A DNA stretch of 64,000 nucleotides, taken from Eledone cirrhosa. Lineage: Eukaryota. Every line of letters begins with the position of its first letter. The first letter of the stretch is position 1. The DNA is taken from contig OZ024742.1 of NCBI GenBank assembly GCA_964016885.1, forward strand, positions 347,510,001 through 347,574,000. Direction: 5' to 3'. The position numbers were made by a program, and so were the translations under genes. This document shows, one piece after another, positions 15,701-31,200 of the stretch. The notes below the pieces were generated by a model. It did no database searches. It had not been told where the DNA came from and worked only from the letters and a program-made list of their open reading frames with translations.

Positions 15701-18700
15701 ATATTAGTCTTCTCTCACCCCATCACATCTCTATATCACAGTCGTCTCTCACCCGATCACATCTCTATATCACAGTCTTCTCTCACCTCATCACATCTCT
15801 ATAACACAGTCTTCCCTCACCCCATCACATCTCTATATCAGTCTTCTCTCATCCCATCACATCTCTATATCAGTCTTCTCTCACCCCATCACATCTCTAT
15901 ATCAGTCTTCTCTCACCCCATCACATCTCTATATCACAGTCTTCTCTCACCCCATCACATCTCTATATCAGTCTTCTCTCATCCCATCACATCTCTATAT
16001 CAGTCTTCTCTCACCCCATCACATCTCTATATCAGTCTTCCCTCACCCCATCACATCTCTATATCACAGTCATCTGTCACCCCATCACATCTCTATATCA
16101 GTCTTCTCTCACCCCATCACATCTCTATATCACAGTCTTCTCTCACCCCATCACATCTCTATAACACAGTCTTCTCTCACCCCATCACATCTCTATATCA
16201 GTCTTCTCTCATCCCATCACATCTCTATATCAGTCTTCTCTCACCCCATCACATCTCTATATCACAGTCTTCTCTCACCCCATCACATCTCTATATCACA
16301 GTCTTCCCTCACCCCATCACATCTCTATATCAGTCTTCTCTCATCCCATCACATCTCTATATCAGTCTTCTCTCACCCCATCACATCTCTATATCAGTCT
16401 TCTCTCACCCCATCACATCTCTATATCACAGTCTTCTCTCACCCCATCACATCTCTATATCAGTCTTCTCTCACCCCATCACATCTCTATATCAGTCTTC
16501 TCTCACCCCATCACATCTCTATATCACAGTCTTCCCTCACCCCATCACATCTCTATATCAGTCTTCTCTCACCCCATCACATCTCTATATCACAGTCTTC
16601 TCTCACCCCATCACATCTCTATATCACAGTCTTCTCTCACCCCATCACATCTCTATATTACAGTCTTCTCTCACCCCATCACATCTCTATATCACAGTCT
16701 TCTCTCATCCCATCACATCTCTATATCACAGTCTTCTCTCACCCCATCACATCTCTATATCAGTCTTCTCTCACCCCATCACATCTCTATATCACAGTCT
16801 TCTCTCACCCCATCACATCTCTATATCAGTCTTCCCTCACGCCATCACATCTCTATATCACAGTCTTCTCTCACCCCATCACATCTCTATATCAGTCTTC
16901 TCTCACCCCATCACAACTCTATATCACAGTCTTCTCTCACCCCATCACATCTCTATATCAGTCTTCTCTCACCCCATCACATCTCTATATCACAGTCTTC
17001 TCTCACCCCATCACATCTCTATATCAGTCTTCTCTCACCCCGTCACATCTCTATATCACAGTCTTCTCTCACCCCATCACATCTCTATAACACAGTCTTC
17101 TCTCACCCCATCACATCTCTATATCACAGTCTTCTCTCACCCCATCACATCTCTATATCAGTCTTCTCTCACCCCATCACATCTCTATATCACAGTCTTC
17201 TCTCACCCCATCACATCTCTATATCAGTGTTCTCTCACCCCATCACATCTCTATATCACAGTCTTCTCTCACCCCATCACATCTCTATATCACAGTCTTC
17301 TCTCACCCCATAACATCTCTATAACAGTCTTCTCTCACCCCATCACATCTCTATATCACAGTCTTCTCTCATCCCATCACATCTCTATATCACAGTCTTC
17401 TCTCATCCCATCACATCTCTATATCACAGTCTTCTCTCATCCCATCACATCTCTATATCACAGTCTTCTCTCACCCCATCACATCTCTATAACAGTCTTC
17501 TCTCACCCCATCACATCTCTATAACACAGTCTTCTCTCACCCCATCACATCTCTATATCACAGTCTTCTCTCACCCCATCACATCTCTATATCAGTCTTC
17601 TCTCACCCCGTCACATCTCTATATCACAATCTTCTCTCACCCCATCACATCTCTATAACACAGTCTTCTCTCACCCCATCACATCTCTATATCACAGTCT
17701 TCTCTCACCCCATCACATCTCTATATCAGTCTTCTCTCACCCCATCACATCTCTATATCACAGTCTTCTCTCACCCCATCACATCTCTATATCACAGTCT
17801 TCTCTCACCCCATCACATCTCTATAACAGTCTTCTCTCATCCCATCACATCTCTATATCACAGTCTTCTCTCACCCCATCACATCTCTATAACAGTCTTC
17901 TCTCATCCCATCACATCTCTATATCAGTCTTCTCTCATCCCATCACATCTCTATATCAGTCTTCTCTCACCCCATCACATCTCTATATCACAGTCTTCTC
18001 TCACCTCATCACATCTCTATAAAACAGTCTTCTCTCACCCCATCACGTCTCTATAACACAGTTTTCTCTCACCCCATCACATCTCTATAACACAGACTTC
18101 TCTCAACTCATCACATCTCTATATCACAGTCTTCTCTCACCCCATCACATCTCTATAACACAGACTTCTCTCACCCCATCACATCTCTATATCACAGTCT
18201 TCTCTCAGCCCATCACATCTCTATATCACAGTCTTCTCTCACCCCATCACATCTCTATAACACAGTCTTCTCTCACCCCATCACATCTCTATAACACAGT
18301 CTTCTCTCATCCCTTCACATCTCTATAACACAGTCTTCTCTCACCTCATCACATCTCTATATCACAGTCTTCTCTCACTCCATCACATCTCTATATTAGT
18401 CTTCTCTCACCCCATCACATCTCTATATCACAGTCTTCTCTCACCCCATAACATCTCTATATCACAGTCTTCTCTCACTCCATCACATCTCTATAACACA
18501 GTCTTCTCTCACCTCATCACATCTCTATATCACAGTCTTCTCTCACCCCATCACATCTCTATAACACAGTCTTCTCTCACCCCATCACATCTCTATATCA
18601 CAGTCTTCTCTCACCCCATAACATCTCCATATCACAGTCTTCTCTCACCCCATCACATCTCTATATCACAGACTTCTCTCACCTCATCACATCTCTATAT

Positions 18701-21700
18701 CACAGTCTTCTCTCACTCCATCACATCTCTATAACACAGTCTTCTCCTACCCCATCACATCTCTATATCACAGTCTTCTCTCATCCCATCACATCTCCAT
18801 ATCACAGTCTTCTCTCACCCCATCACATCTCTATGTAAGTCTTCTCTCATCCCTTCAAATCTCTATAACACAGTCTTCTCTCACCTCATCACATCTCTAT
18901 ATCACAGTCTTCTCTCACTCCATCACATCTCTATATTAGTCTTCTCTCACCCCATCACATCTCTATATCACAGTCGTCTCTCACCCGATCACATCTCTAT
19001 ATCACAGTCTTCTCTCACCTCATCACATCTCTATAACACAGTCTTCCCTCACCCCATCACATCTCTATATCAGTCTTCTCTCATCCCATCACATCTCTAT
19101 ATCAGTCTTCTCTCACCCCATCACATCTCTATATCAGTCTTCTCTCACCCCATCACATCTCTATATCACAGTCTTCTCTCACCCCATCACATCTCTATAT
19201 CAGTCTTCTCTCATCCCATCACATCTCTATATCAGTCTTCTCTCACCCCATCACATCTCTATATCAGTCTTCCCTCACCCCATCACATCTCTATATCACA
19301 GTCATCTGTCACCCCATCACATCTCTATATCAGTCTTCTCTCACCCCATCACATCTCTATATCACAGTCTTCTCTCACCCCATCACATCTCTATAACACA
19401 GTCTTCTCTCACCCCATCACATCTCTATATCAGTCTTCTCTCATCCCATCACATCTCTATATCAGTCTTCTCTCACCCCATCACATCTCTATATCACAGT
19501 CTTCTCTCACCCCATCACATCTCTATATCACAGTCTTCCCTCACCCCATCACATCTCTATATCAGTCTTCTCTCATCCCATCACATCTCTATATCAGTCT
19601 TCTCTCACCCCATCACATCTCTATATCAGTCTTCTCTCACCCCATCACATCTCTATATCACAGTCTTCTCTCACCCCATCACATCTCTATATCAGTCTTC
19701 TCTCACCCCATCACATCTCTATATCAGTCTTCTCTCACCCCATCACATCTCTATATCACAGTCTTCCCTCACCCCATCACATCTCTATATCAGTCTTCTC
19801 TCACCCCATCACATCTCTATATCACAGTCTTCTCTCACCCCATCACATCTCTATATCACAGTCTTCTCTCACCCCATCACATCTCTATATTACAGTCTTC
19901 TCTCACCCCATCACATCTCTATATCACAGTCTTCTCTCATCCCATCACATCTCTATATCACAGTCTTCTCTCACCCCATCACATCTCTATATCAGTCTTC
20001 TCTCACCCCATCACATCTCTATATCACAGTCTTCTCTCACCCCATCACATCTCTATATCAGTCTTCCCTCACGCCATCACATCTCTATATCACAGTCTTC
20101 TCTCACCCCATCACATCTCTATATCAGTCTTCTCTCACCCCATCACAACTCTATATCACAGTCTTCTCTCACCCCATCACATCTCTATATCAGTCTTCTC
20201 TCACCCCATCACATCTCTATATCACAGTCTTCTCTCACCCCATCACATCTCTATATCAGTCTTCTCTCACCCCGTCACATCTCTATATCACAGTCTTCTC
20301 TCACCCCATCACATCTCTATAACACAGTCTTCTCTCACCCCATCACATCTCTATATCACAGTCTTCTCTCACCCCATCACATCTCTATATCAGTCTTCTC
20401 TCACCCCATCACATCTCTATATCACAGTCTTCTCTCACCCCATCACATCTCTATATCAGTGTTCTCTCACCCCATCACATCTCTATATCACAGTCTTCTC
20501 TCACCCCATCACATCTCTATATCACAGTCTTCTCTCACCCCATAACATCTCTATAACAGTCTTCTCTCACCCCATCACATCTCTATATCACAGTCTTCTC
20601 TCATCCCATCACATCTCTATATCACAGTCTTCTCTCATCCCATCACATCTCTATATCACAGTCTTCTCTCATCCCATCACATCTCTATATCACAGTCTTC
20701 TCTCACCCCATCACATCTCTATAACAGTCTTCTCTCACCCCATCACATCTCTATAACACAGTCTTCTCTCACCCCATCACATCTCTATATCACAGTCTTC
20801 TCTCACCCCATCACATCTCTATATCAGTCTTCTCTCACCCCGTCACATCTCTATATCACAATCTTCTCTCACCCCATCACATCTCTATAACACAGTCTTC
20901 TCTCACCCCATCACATCTCTATATCACAGTCTTCTCTCACCCCATCACATCTCTATATCAGTCTTCTCTCACCCCATCACATCTCTATATCACAGTCTTC
21001 TCTCACCCCATCACATCTCTATATCACAGTCTTCTCTCACCCCATCACATCTCTATAACAGTCTTCTCTCATCCCATCACATCTCTATATCACAGTCTTC
21101 TCTCACCCCATCACATCTCTATAACAGTCTTCTCTCATCCCATCACATCTCTATATCAGTCTTCTCTCATCCCATCACATCTCTATATCAGTCTTCTCTC
21201 ACCCCATCACATCTCTATATCACAGTCTTCTCTCACCTCATCACATCTCTATAAAACAGTCTTCTCTCACCCCATCACGTCTCTATAACACAGTTTTCTC
21301 TCACCCCATCACATCTCTATAACACAGACTTCTCTCAACTCATCACATCTCTATATCACAGTCTTCTCTCACCCCATCACATCTCTATAACACAGACTTC
21401 TCTCACCCCATCACATCTCTATATCACAGTCTTCTCTCAGCCCATCACATCTCTATATCACAGTCTTCTCTCACCCCATCACATCTCTATAACACAGTCT
21501 TCTCTCACCCCATCACATCTCTATAACACAGTCTTCTCTCATCCCTTCACATCTCTATAACACAGTCTTCTCTCACCTCATCACATCTCTATATCACAGT
21601 CTTCTCTCACTCCATCACATCTCTATATTAGTCTTCTCTCACCCCATCACATCTCTATATCACAGTCTTCTCTCACCCCATAACATCTCTATATCACAGT

Positions 21701-22278
21701 CTTCTCTCACTCCATCACATCTCTATAACACAGTCTTCTCTCACCTCATCACATCTCTATATCACAGTCTTCTCTCACCCCATCACATCTCTGTAACACA
21801 GTCTTCTCTCACCCCATCACATCTCTATATCACAGTCTTCTCTCACCCCATAACATCTCCATATCACAGTCTTCTCTCACCCCATCACATCTCTATATCA
21901 CAGACTTCTCTCACCTCATCACATCTCTATATCACAGTCTTCTCTCACTCCATCACATCTCTATAACACAGTCTTCTCCTACCCCATCACATCTCTATAT
22001 CACAGTCTTCTCTCATCCCATCACATCTCCATATCACAGTCTTCTCTCACCCCATCACATCTCTATGTAAGTCTTCTCTCATCCCTTCAAATCTCTATAA
22101 CACAGTCTTCTCTCACCTCATCACATCTCTATATCACAGTCTTCTCTCACTCCATCACATCTCTATATTAGTCTTCTCTCACCCCATCACATCTCTATAT
22201 CACAGTCGTCTCTCACCCGATCACATCTCTATATCACAGTCTTCTCTCACCTCATCACATCTCTATAACACAGTCTTC
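12715..22278. repeat. Higher-order tandem repeat: about 3 near-identical copies of a 3,232-bp block (~97 monomers)
   Basis: GTCATCTGTC at 12837/16069/19301; ATGTAAGT at 15601/18833/22065; GTCGTCTCTCACCCGATC at 15741/18973/22205. All are spaced exactly 3,232 apart. Confidence 0.92.
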
Positions 22279-25200
22279 TCTCACCCCATCACATCTCTAT
22301 AACGCAGTCTTCTCTCACCCCATCACATCTATATATCACAGTCTTCTCTCACCCCATCACATCTCTATATCACAGTCTTCTCTCATCCAATCTCATCTCT
22401 ATATCAGTCTTCTCTCACCCCATCATATCTCTATATCACAGTCTTCTCTCACCCCATCACATCTCTATAATACAGTCTTCTCTCACCCCATCACATCTCT
22501 ATAACACAGTCTTCTCTCATCCCATCACATCTCTATATCAGTCTTCTCTCACCCCATCACATATCTATATCACAGTCTTCTCTCATCCCATCACATCTCT
22601 ATATTAGTCTTCTCTCACCCCATCATATCTCTATATCACAGTCTTCTCTCACCCCATCACATCTCTATATCAGTCTTCTCTCACCCCATCACATCTCTAT
22701 ATCACAGTCTTCTCTCACCTCATCACATCTCTATATCACAGTCTTCTCTCATCCCATCACATCTCTATATAAGTCTTCTCTCACCCCATCACATCTCTAT
22801 AACAGTCTTCTCTCATCCCATCACATCTCTATATCACAGTCTTCTCTCACCCCATCACATCTCTATAACAGTCTTCTCTCATCCCATCACATCTCTATAT
22901 CAGTCTTCTCTCATCCCATCACATCTCTATATCAGTCTTCTCTCACCCCATCACATCTCTATATCACAGTCTTCTCTCACCCCATCATATCTCTATATCA
23001 CAGTCTTCTCTCACCCCATCACATCTCTATATCACAGTCTTCTCTCACCCCATCACATCTCTATAACACAGTCTTCTCTCACCCCATCACATCTCTATAA
23101 CACAGTCTTCTCTCATCCCATCACATCTCTATAACACAGACTTCTCTCACCTCATCACATCTCTATAACAGTCTTCTCTCACCCCATCACATCTCTATAT
23201 CACAGTCTTCTCTCACCCCATCACATCTCTATAACAGTCTTCTCTCACCCCATCACATCTCTATAACACAGTCTTCTCTCATCCCATCAAATCTATAACA
23301 CAGACTTCTCTCACCTCATCACATCTCTATATCACAGTCTTCTCTCACCCCATCACATCTCTATAACACAGTCTTCTCTCACCCCATCACATCTCTATAA
23401 CACAGTCTTCTCTCATCCCATCACATCTCTATATCACAGTCTTCTCTCATCCCATCACATCTCTATATCACAGTCTTCTCTCACCCCATCACATCTCTAT
23501 AACACAGTCTTCTCTCACCCCATCACATCTCTAAAACACAGTCTTCTCTCATCCCATCACATCTATATAACACAGACTTCTCTCACCTCATCACATCTCT
23601 ATAACAGTCTTCTCTCACCCCATCACATCTCTATATCACAGTCTTCTCTCACCCCATCACATCTCTATAACAGTCTTCTCTGACCCCATCACATCTCTAT
23701 AACACAGTCTTCTCTCATCCCATCACATCTCTATATCACAGTCTTCTCTCACCCCATCACATCTCTATATCACAGTCTTCTCTCACACCATCACATCTCT
23801 ATATCACAGTCTTCTCTCACCCCATCACATCTCTATAACTCAGTCTTCTCTCACCCCATCACTTCTCTATATCACAGTCTTCTCTCATCCCATCACATCT
23901 CTATATCACAGTCTTCTCTCACCCCATCATATCTCTATATCACAGTCTTCTCTCACCCCATCACATCTCTATAATACAGTCTTCTCTCACCCCATCACAT
24001 CTCTATAACACAGTCTTCTCTCACCCCATCACATCTATATATCACAGTCTTATCTCACCCCATCACATCTCTATAATACAGTCTTCTCTCACGCCATCAT
24101 ATCTCTATATCACAGTCTTCTCTCACCCCATCACATCTCTATATCACAGTCTTCTCTCACTCCATCACATCTCTATAACACAGTCTTCTCTCACCCCATC
24201 ACATCTCTATATCACAGTCTTCTCTCATCCCATCACATCTCTATATCACAGTCTTCTCTCACCCCATCATATCTCTATATCACAGTCTTCTCTCACCCCA
24301 TCACATCTCTATATCAGTCTTCCCTCACCCCATCACATCTCTATATCACAGTCTTCCCTCACCCCATCACATCTCTATATCAGTCTTCCCTCACCCCATC
24401 ACATCTATATAACACAGTCTTCTCTCACCCCATCACATCTCTATATCACAGTCTTCTCTCACCCCATCACATCTCTATATCAGTCTTCTCTCACCCCATC
24501 ACATCTCTATATCACAGTGTTCTCTCATCCCATCACATCTCTATATCAGTCTTCCCTCACCCCATCACATCTCTATATCACAGTCTTCTCTTACCCCATC
24601 ACATCTCTATATCAGTCTTCTCTCACCCCATCACATCTCTATATCACAGTCTTCTCTCACCCCATCACATCTCTATATCAGTCTTCCCTCACCCCATCAC
24701 ATCTCTATATCAGTCTTCTCTCACCCCATCACATCTCTATATCAGTCTTCCCTCACCCCATCACATCTCTATATCAGTCTTCTCTCACCCCATCACATCT
24801 CTATATCAGTCTTCTCTCACCCCATCACATCTCTATATCACAGTCTTCTCTCACCCCATCACATCTCTATATCACAGTCTTCTCTCACCCCATCACATCT
24901 CTATATCACAGTCTTCCCTCACCCCATCACATCTCTATATCACAGTCTTCTCTCACCCCATCACATCTCTATATCAGTCTTCTCTCACCCCATAACATCT
25001 CTATAACACAGTCTTCTCTCACCCCATCACATCTCTATAACACAGTCTTCTCTCACCCCATCACATCTCTATATCACAGTCTTCTCTCACCCCATCACAT
25101 CTCTATATCACAGTCTTCTCTCACCCCATCACATCTCTATATCACAGTCTTCTCTCACCCCATCACATCTCTATATCAGTCTTCTCTCATCCCATCACAT

Positions 25201-28200
25201 CTCTATATCAGTCTTCTCTCACCCCATCACATCTCTATATCACAGTCTTCTCTCATCTCATCACATCTCTATATCACAGTCTTCTCTCACCCCATCACAT
25301 CTCTATATCACAGTCTTCTCTCATCCCATCACATCTCTATATCACAGTCTTCTCTCATCCCATTACATCTCTATATCACAGTCTTCTCTCACCCCATCAC
25401 ATCTCTATATCACAGTCATCTCTCACCCCATCACATCTCTATATCAGTCTTCTCTCACCCCATCACATCTCTATATCACAGTCTTCTCTCACCCCATCAC
25501 ATCTCTATATCACAGTCATCTCTCACCCCATAACATCTCTATATCAGTCTTCTGTCACCCCATCACATCTCTATATCACAGTCTTCTCTCACCCCATCAC
25601 ATCTCTATATCACAGTCATCTCTCACCCCATCACATCTCTATATCAGTCTTCTCTCACCCCATCACATCTCTATATCACAGTCTTCTCTCACCCCATCAC
25701 ATCTCTATAACACAGTCTTCTCTCACCCCATCACATCTCTATATCAGTCTTCTCTCATCCCATCACATCTCTATATCAGTCTTCTCTCACCCCATCACAT
25801 CTCTATATCACAGTCTTCGCTCACCCCATCACATCTCTATATCACAGTCTTCCCTCACCCCATCACATCTCTATAACACAGACTTCTCTCACCTCATCAC
25901 ATCTCTATAACAGTCTTCTCTCACCCCATCACATCTCTATATCACAGTCTTCTCTCACCCCATCACATCTCTATATCACAGTCATCTCTCACCCCATCAC
26001 ATCTCTATATCAGTCTTCTCTCACCCCATCACATCTCTATATCACAGTCTTCTCTCACCCCATCACATCTCTATAACACAGTCTTCTCTCACCCCATCAC
26101 ATCTCTATATCAGTCTTCTCTCATCCCATCACATCTCTATATCAGTCTTCTCTCACCCCATCACATCTCTATATCACAGTCTTCTCTCACCCCATCACAT
26201 CTCTATATCACAGTCTTCCCTCACCCCATCACATCTCTATATCAGTCTTCTCTCATCCCATCACATCTCTATATCAGTCTTCTCTCACCCCATCACATCT
26301 CTATATCAGTCTTCTCTCACCCCATCACATCTCTATATCACAGTCTTCTCTCACCCCATCACATCTCTATATCAGTCTTCTCTCATCCCATCACATCTCT
26401 ATATCAGTCTTCTCTCACCCCATCACATCTCTATATCACAGTCTTCTCTCACCCCATCACATCTCTATATCACAGTCTTCCCTCACCCCATCACATCTCT
26501 ATATCAGTCTTCTCTCATCCCATCACATCTCTATATCAGTCTTCTCTCACCCCATCACATCTCTATATCAGTCTTCCCTCACCCCATCACATCTCTATAT
26601 CACAGTCATCTCTCACCCCATCACATCTCTATATCAGTCTTCTCTCACCCCATCACATCTCTATATCACAGTCTTCTCTCACCCCATCACATCTCTATAA
26701 CACAGTCTTCTCTCACCCCATCACATCTCTATATCAGTCTTCTCTCATCCCATCACATCTCTATATCAGTCTTCTCTCACCCCATCACATCTCTATATCA
26801 CAGTCTTCTCTCACCCCATCACATCTCTATATCACAGTCTTCCCTCACCCCATCACATCTCTATATCAGTCTTCTCTCATCCCATCACATCTCTATATCA
26901 GTCTTCTCTCACCCCATCACATCTCTATATCAGTCTTCTCTCACCCCATCACATCTCTATATCACAGTCTTCTCTCACCCCATCACATCTCTATATCAGT
27001 CTTCTCTCACCCCATCACATCTCTATATCAGTCTTCTCTCACCCCATCACATCTCTATATCACAGTCTTCCCTCACCCCATCACATCTCTATATCAGTCT
27101 TCTCTCACCCCATCACATCTCTATATCACAGTCTTCTCTCACCCCATCACATCTCTATATCACAGTCTTCTCTCACCCCATCACATCTCTATATTACAGT
27201 CTTCTCTCACCCCATCACATCTCTATATCACAGTCTTCTCTCATCCCATCACATCTCTATATCACAGTCTTCTCTCACCCCATCACATCTCTATATCAGT
27301 CTTCTCTCACCCCATCACATCTCTATATCACAGTCTTCTCTCACCCCATCACATCTCTATATGAGTCTTCCCTCACGCCATCACATCTCTATATCACAGT
27401 CTTCTCTCACCCCATCACATCTCTATATCAGTCTTCTCTCACCCCATCACAACTCTATATCACAGTCTTCTCTCACCCCATCACATCTCTATATCAGTCT
27501 TCTCTCACCCCATCACATCTCTATATCACAGTCTTCTCTCACCCCATCACATCTCTATATCAGTCTTCTCTCACCCCGTCACATCTCTATATCACAGTCT
27601 TCTCTCACCCCATCACATCTCTATAACACAGTCTTCTCTCACCCCATCACATCTCTATATCACAGTCTTCTCTCACCCCATCACATCTCTATATCAGTCT
27701 TCTCTCACCCCATCACATCTCTATATCACAGTCTTCTCTCACCCCATCACATCTCTATATCAGTGTTCTCTCACCCCATCACATCTCTATATCACAGTCT
27801 TCTCTCACCCCATCACATCTCTATATCACAGTCTTCTCTCACCCCATAACATCTCTATAACAGTCTTCTCTCACCCCATCACATCTCTATATCACAGTCT
27901 TCTCTCATCCCATCACATCTCTATATCACAGTCTTCTCTCATCCCATCACATCTCTATATCACAGTCTTCTCTCATCCCATCACATCTCTATATCACAGT
28001 CTTCTCTCACCCCATCACATCTCTATAACAGTCTTCTCTCACCCCATCACATCTCTATAACACAGTCTTCTCTCACCCCATCACATCTCTATATCACAGT
28101 CTTCTCTCACCCCATCACATCTCTATATCAGTCTTCTCTCACCCCGTCACATCTCTATATCACAATCTTCTCTCACCCCATCACATCTCTATAACACAGT

Positions 28201-31200
28201 CTTCTCTCACCCCATCACATCTCTATATCACAGTCTTCTCTCACCCCATCACATCTCTATATCAGTCTTCTCTCACCCCATCACATCTCTATATCACAGT
28301 CTTCTCTCACCCCATCACATCTCTATATCACAGTCTTCTCTCACCCCATCACATCTCTATAACAGTCTTCTCTCATCCCATCACATCTCTATATCACAGT
28401 CTTCTCTCACCCCATCACATCTCTATAACAGTCTTCTCTCATCCCATCACATCTCTATATCAGTCTTCTCTCATCCCATCACATCTCTATATCAGTCTTC
28501 TCTCACCCCATCACATCTCTATATCACAGTCTTCTCTCACCTCATCACATCTCTATAAAACAGTCTTCTCTCACCCCATCACGTCTCTATAACACAGTTT
28601 TCTCTCACCCCATCACATCTCTATAACACAGACTTCTCTCAACTCATCACATCTCTATATCACAGTCTTCTCTCACCCCATCACATCTCTATAACACAGA
28701 CTTCTCTCACCCCATCACATCTCTATATCACAGTCTTCTCTCAGCCCATCACATCTCTATATCACAGTCTTCTCTCACCCCATCACATCTCTATAACACA
28801 GTCTTCTCTCACCCCATCACATCTCTATAACACAGTCTTCTCTCATCCCTTCACATCTCTATAACACAGTCTTCTCTCACCTCATCACATCTCTATATCA
28901 CAGTCTTCTCTCACTCCATCACATCTCTATATTAGTCTTCTCTCACCCCATCACATCTCTATATCACAGTCTTCTCTCACCCCATAACATCTCTATATCA
29001 CAGTCTTCTCTCACTCCATCACATCTCTATAACACAGTCTTCTCTCACCTCATCACATCTCTATATCACAGTCTTCTCTCACCCCATCACATCTCTATAA
29101 CACAGTCTTCTCTCACCCCATCACATCTCTATATCACAGTCTTCTCTCACCCCATAACATCTCCATATCACAGTCTTCTCTCACCCCATCACATCTCTAT
29201 ATCACAGACTTCTCTCACCTCATCACATCTCTATATCACAGTCTTCTCTCACTCCATCACATCTCTATAACACAGTCTTCTCCTACCCCATCACATCTCT
29301 ATATCACAGTCTTCTCTCATCCCATCACATCTCCATATCACAGTCTTCTCTCACCCCATCACATCTCTATGTAAGTCTTCTCTCATCCCTTCAAATCTCT
29401 ATAACACAGTCTTCTCTCACCTCATCACATCTCTATATCACAGTCTTCTCTCACTCCATCACATCTCTATATTAGTCTTCTCTCACCCCATCACATCTCT
29501 ATATCACAGTCTTCTCTCACCCGATCACATCTCTATATCACAGTCTTCTCTCACCTCATCACATCTCTATAACACAGTCTTCTCTCACCCCATCACATCT
29601 CTATAACGCAGTCTTCTCTCACCCCATCACATCTATATATCACAGTCTTCTCTCACCCCATCACATCTCTATATCACAGTCTTCTCTCATCCAATCTCAT
29701 CTCTATATCAGTCTTCTCTCACCCCATCATATCTCTATATCACAGTCTTCTCTCACCCCATCACATCTCTATAATACAGTCTTCTCTCACCCCATCACAT
29801 CTCTATAACACAGTCTTCTCTCATCCCATCACATCTCTATATCAGTCTTCTCTCACCCCATCACATATCTATATCACAGTCTTCTCTCATCCCATCACAT
29901 CTCTATATTAGTCTTCTCTCACCCCATCATATCTCTATATCACAGTCTTCTCTCACCCCATCACATCTCTATATCAGTCTTCTCTCACCCCATCACATCT
30001 CTATATCACAGTCTTCTCTCACCTCATCACATCTCTATATCACAGTCTTCTCTCATCCCATCACATCTCTATATAAGTCTTCTCTCACCCCATCACATCT
30101 CTATAACAGTCTTCTCTCATCCCATCACATCTCTATATCACAGTCTTCTCTCACCCCATCACATCTCTATAACAGTCTTCTCTCATCCCATCACATCTCT
30201 ATATCAGTCTTCTCTCATCCCATCACATCTCTATATCAGTCTTCTCTCACCCCATCACATCTCTATATCACAGTCTTCTCTCACCCCATCATATCTCTAT
30301 ATCACAGTCTTCTCTCACCCCATCACATCTCTATATCACAGTCTTCTCTCACCCCATCACATCTCTATAACACAGTCTTCTCTCACCCCATCACATCTCT
30401 ATAACACAGTCTTCTCTCATCCCATCACATCTCTATAACACAGACTTCTCTCACCTCATCACATCTCTATAACAGTCTTCTCTCACCCCATCACATCTCT
30501 ATATCACAGTCTTCTCTCACCCCATCACATCTCTATAACAGTCTTCTCTCACCCCATCACATCTCTATAACACAGTCTTCTCTCATCCCATCAAATCTAT
30601 AACACAGACTTCTCTCACCTCATCACATCTCTATATCACAGTCTTCTCTCACCCCATCACATCTCTATAACACAGTCTTCTCTCACCCCATCACATCTCT
30701 ATAACACAGTCTTCTCTCATCCCATCACATCTCTATATCACAGTCTTCTCTCATCCCATCACATCTCTATATCACAGTCTTCTCTCACCCCATCACATCT
30801 CTATAACACAGTCTTCTCTCACCCCATCACATCTCTAAAACACAGTCTTCTCTCATCCCATCACATCTATATAACACAGACTTCTCTCACCTCATCACAT
30901 CTCTATAACAGTCTTCTCTCACCCCATCACATCTCTATATCACAGTCTTCTCTCACCCCATCACATCTCTATAACAGTCTTCTCTGACCCCATCACATCT
31001 CTATAACACAGTCTTCTCTCATCCCATCACATCTCTATATCACAGTCTTCTCTCACCCCATCACATCTCTATATCACAGTCTTCTCTCACACCATCACAT
31101 CTCTATATCACAGTCTTCTCTCACCCCATCACATCTCTATAACTCAGTCTTCTCTCACCCCATCACTTCTCTATATCACAGTCTTCTCTCATCCCATCAC

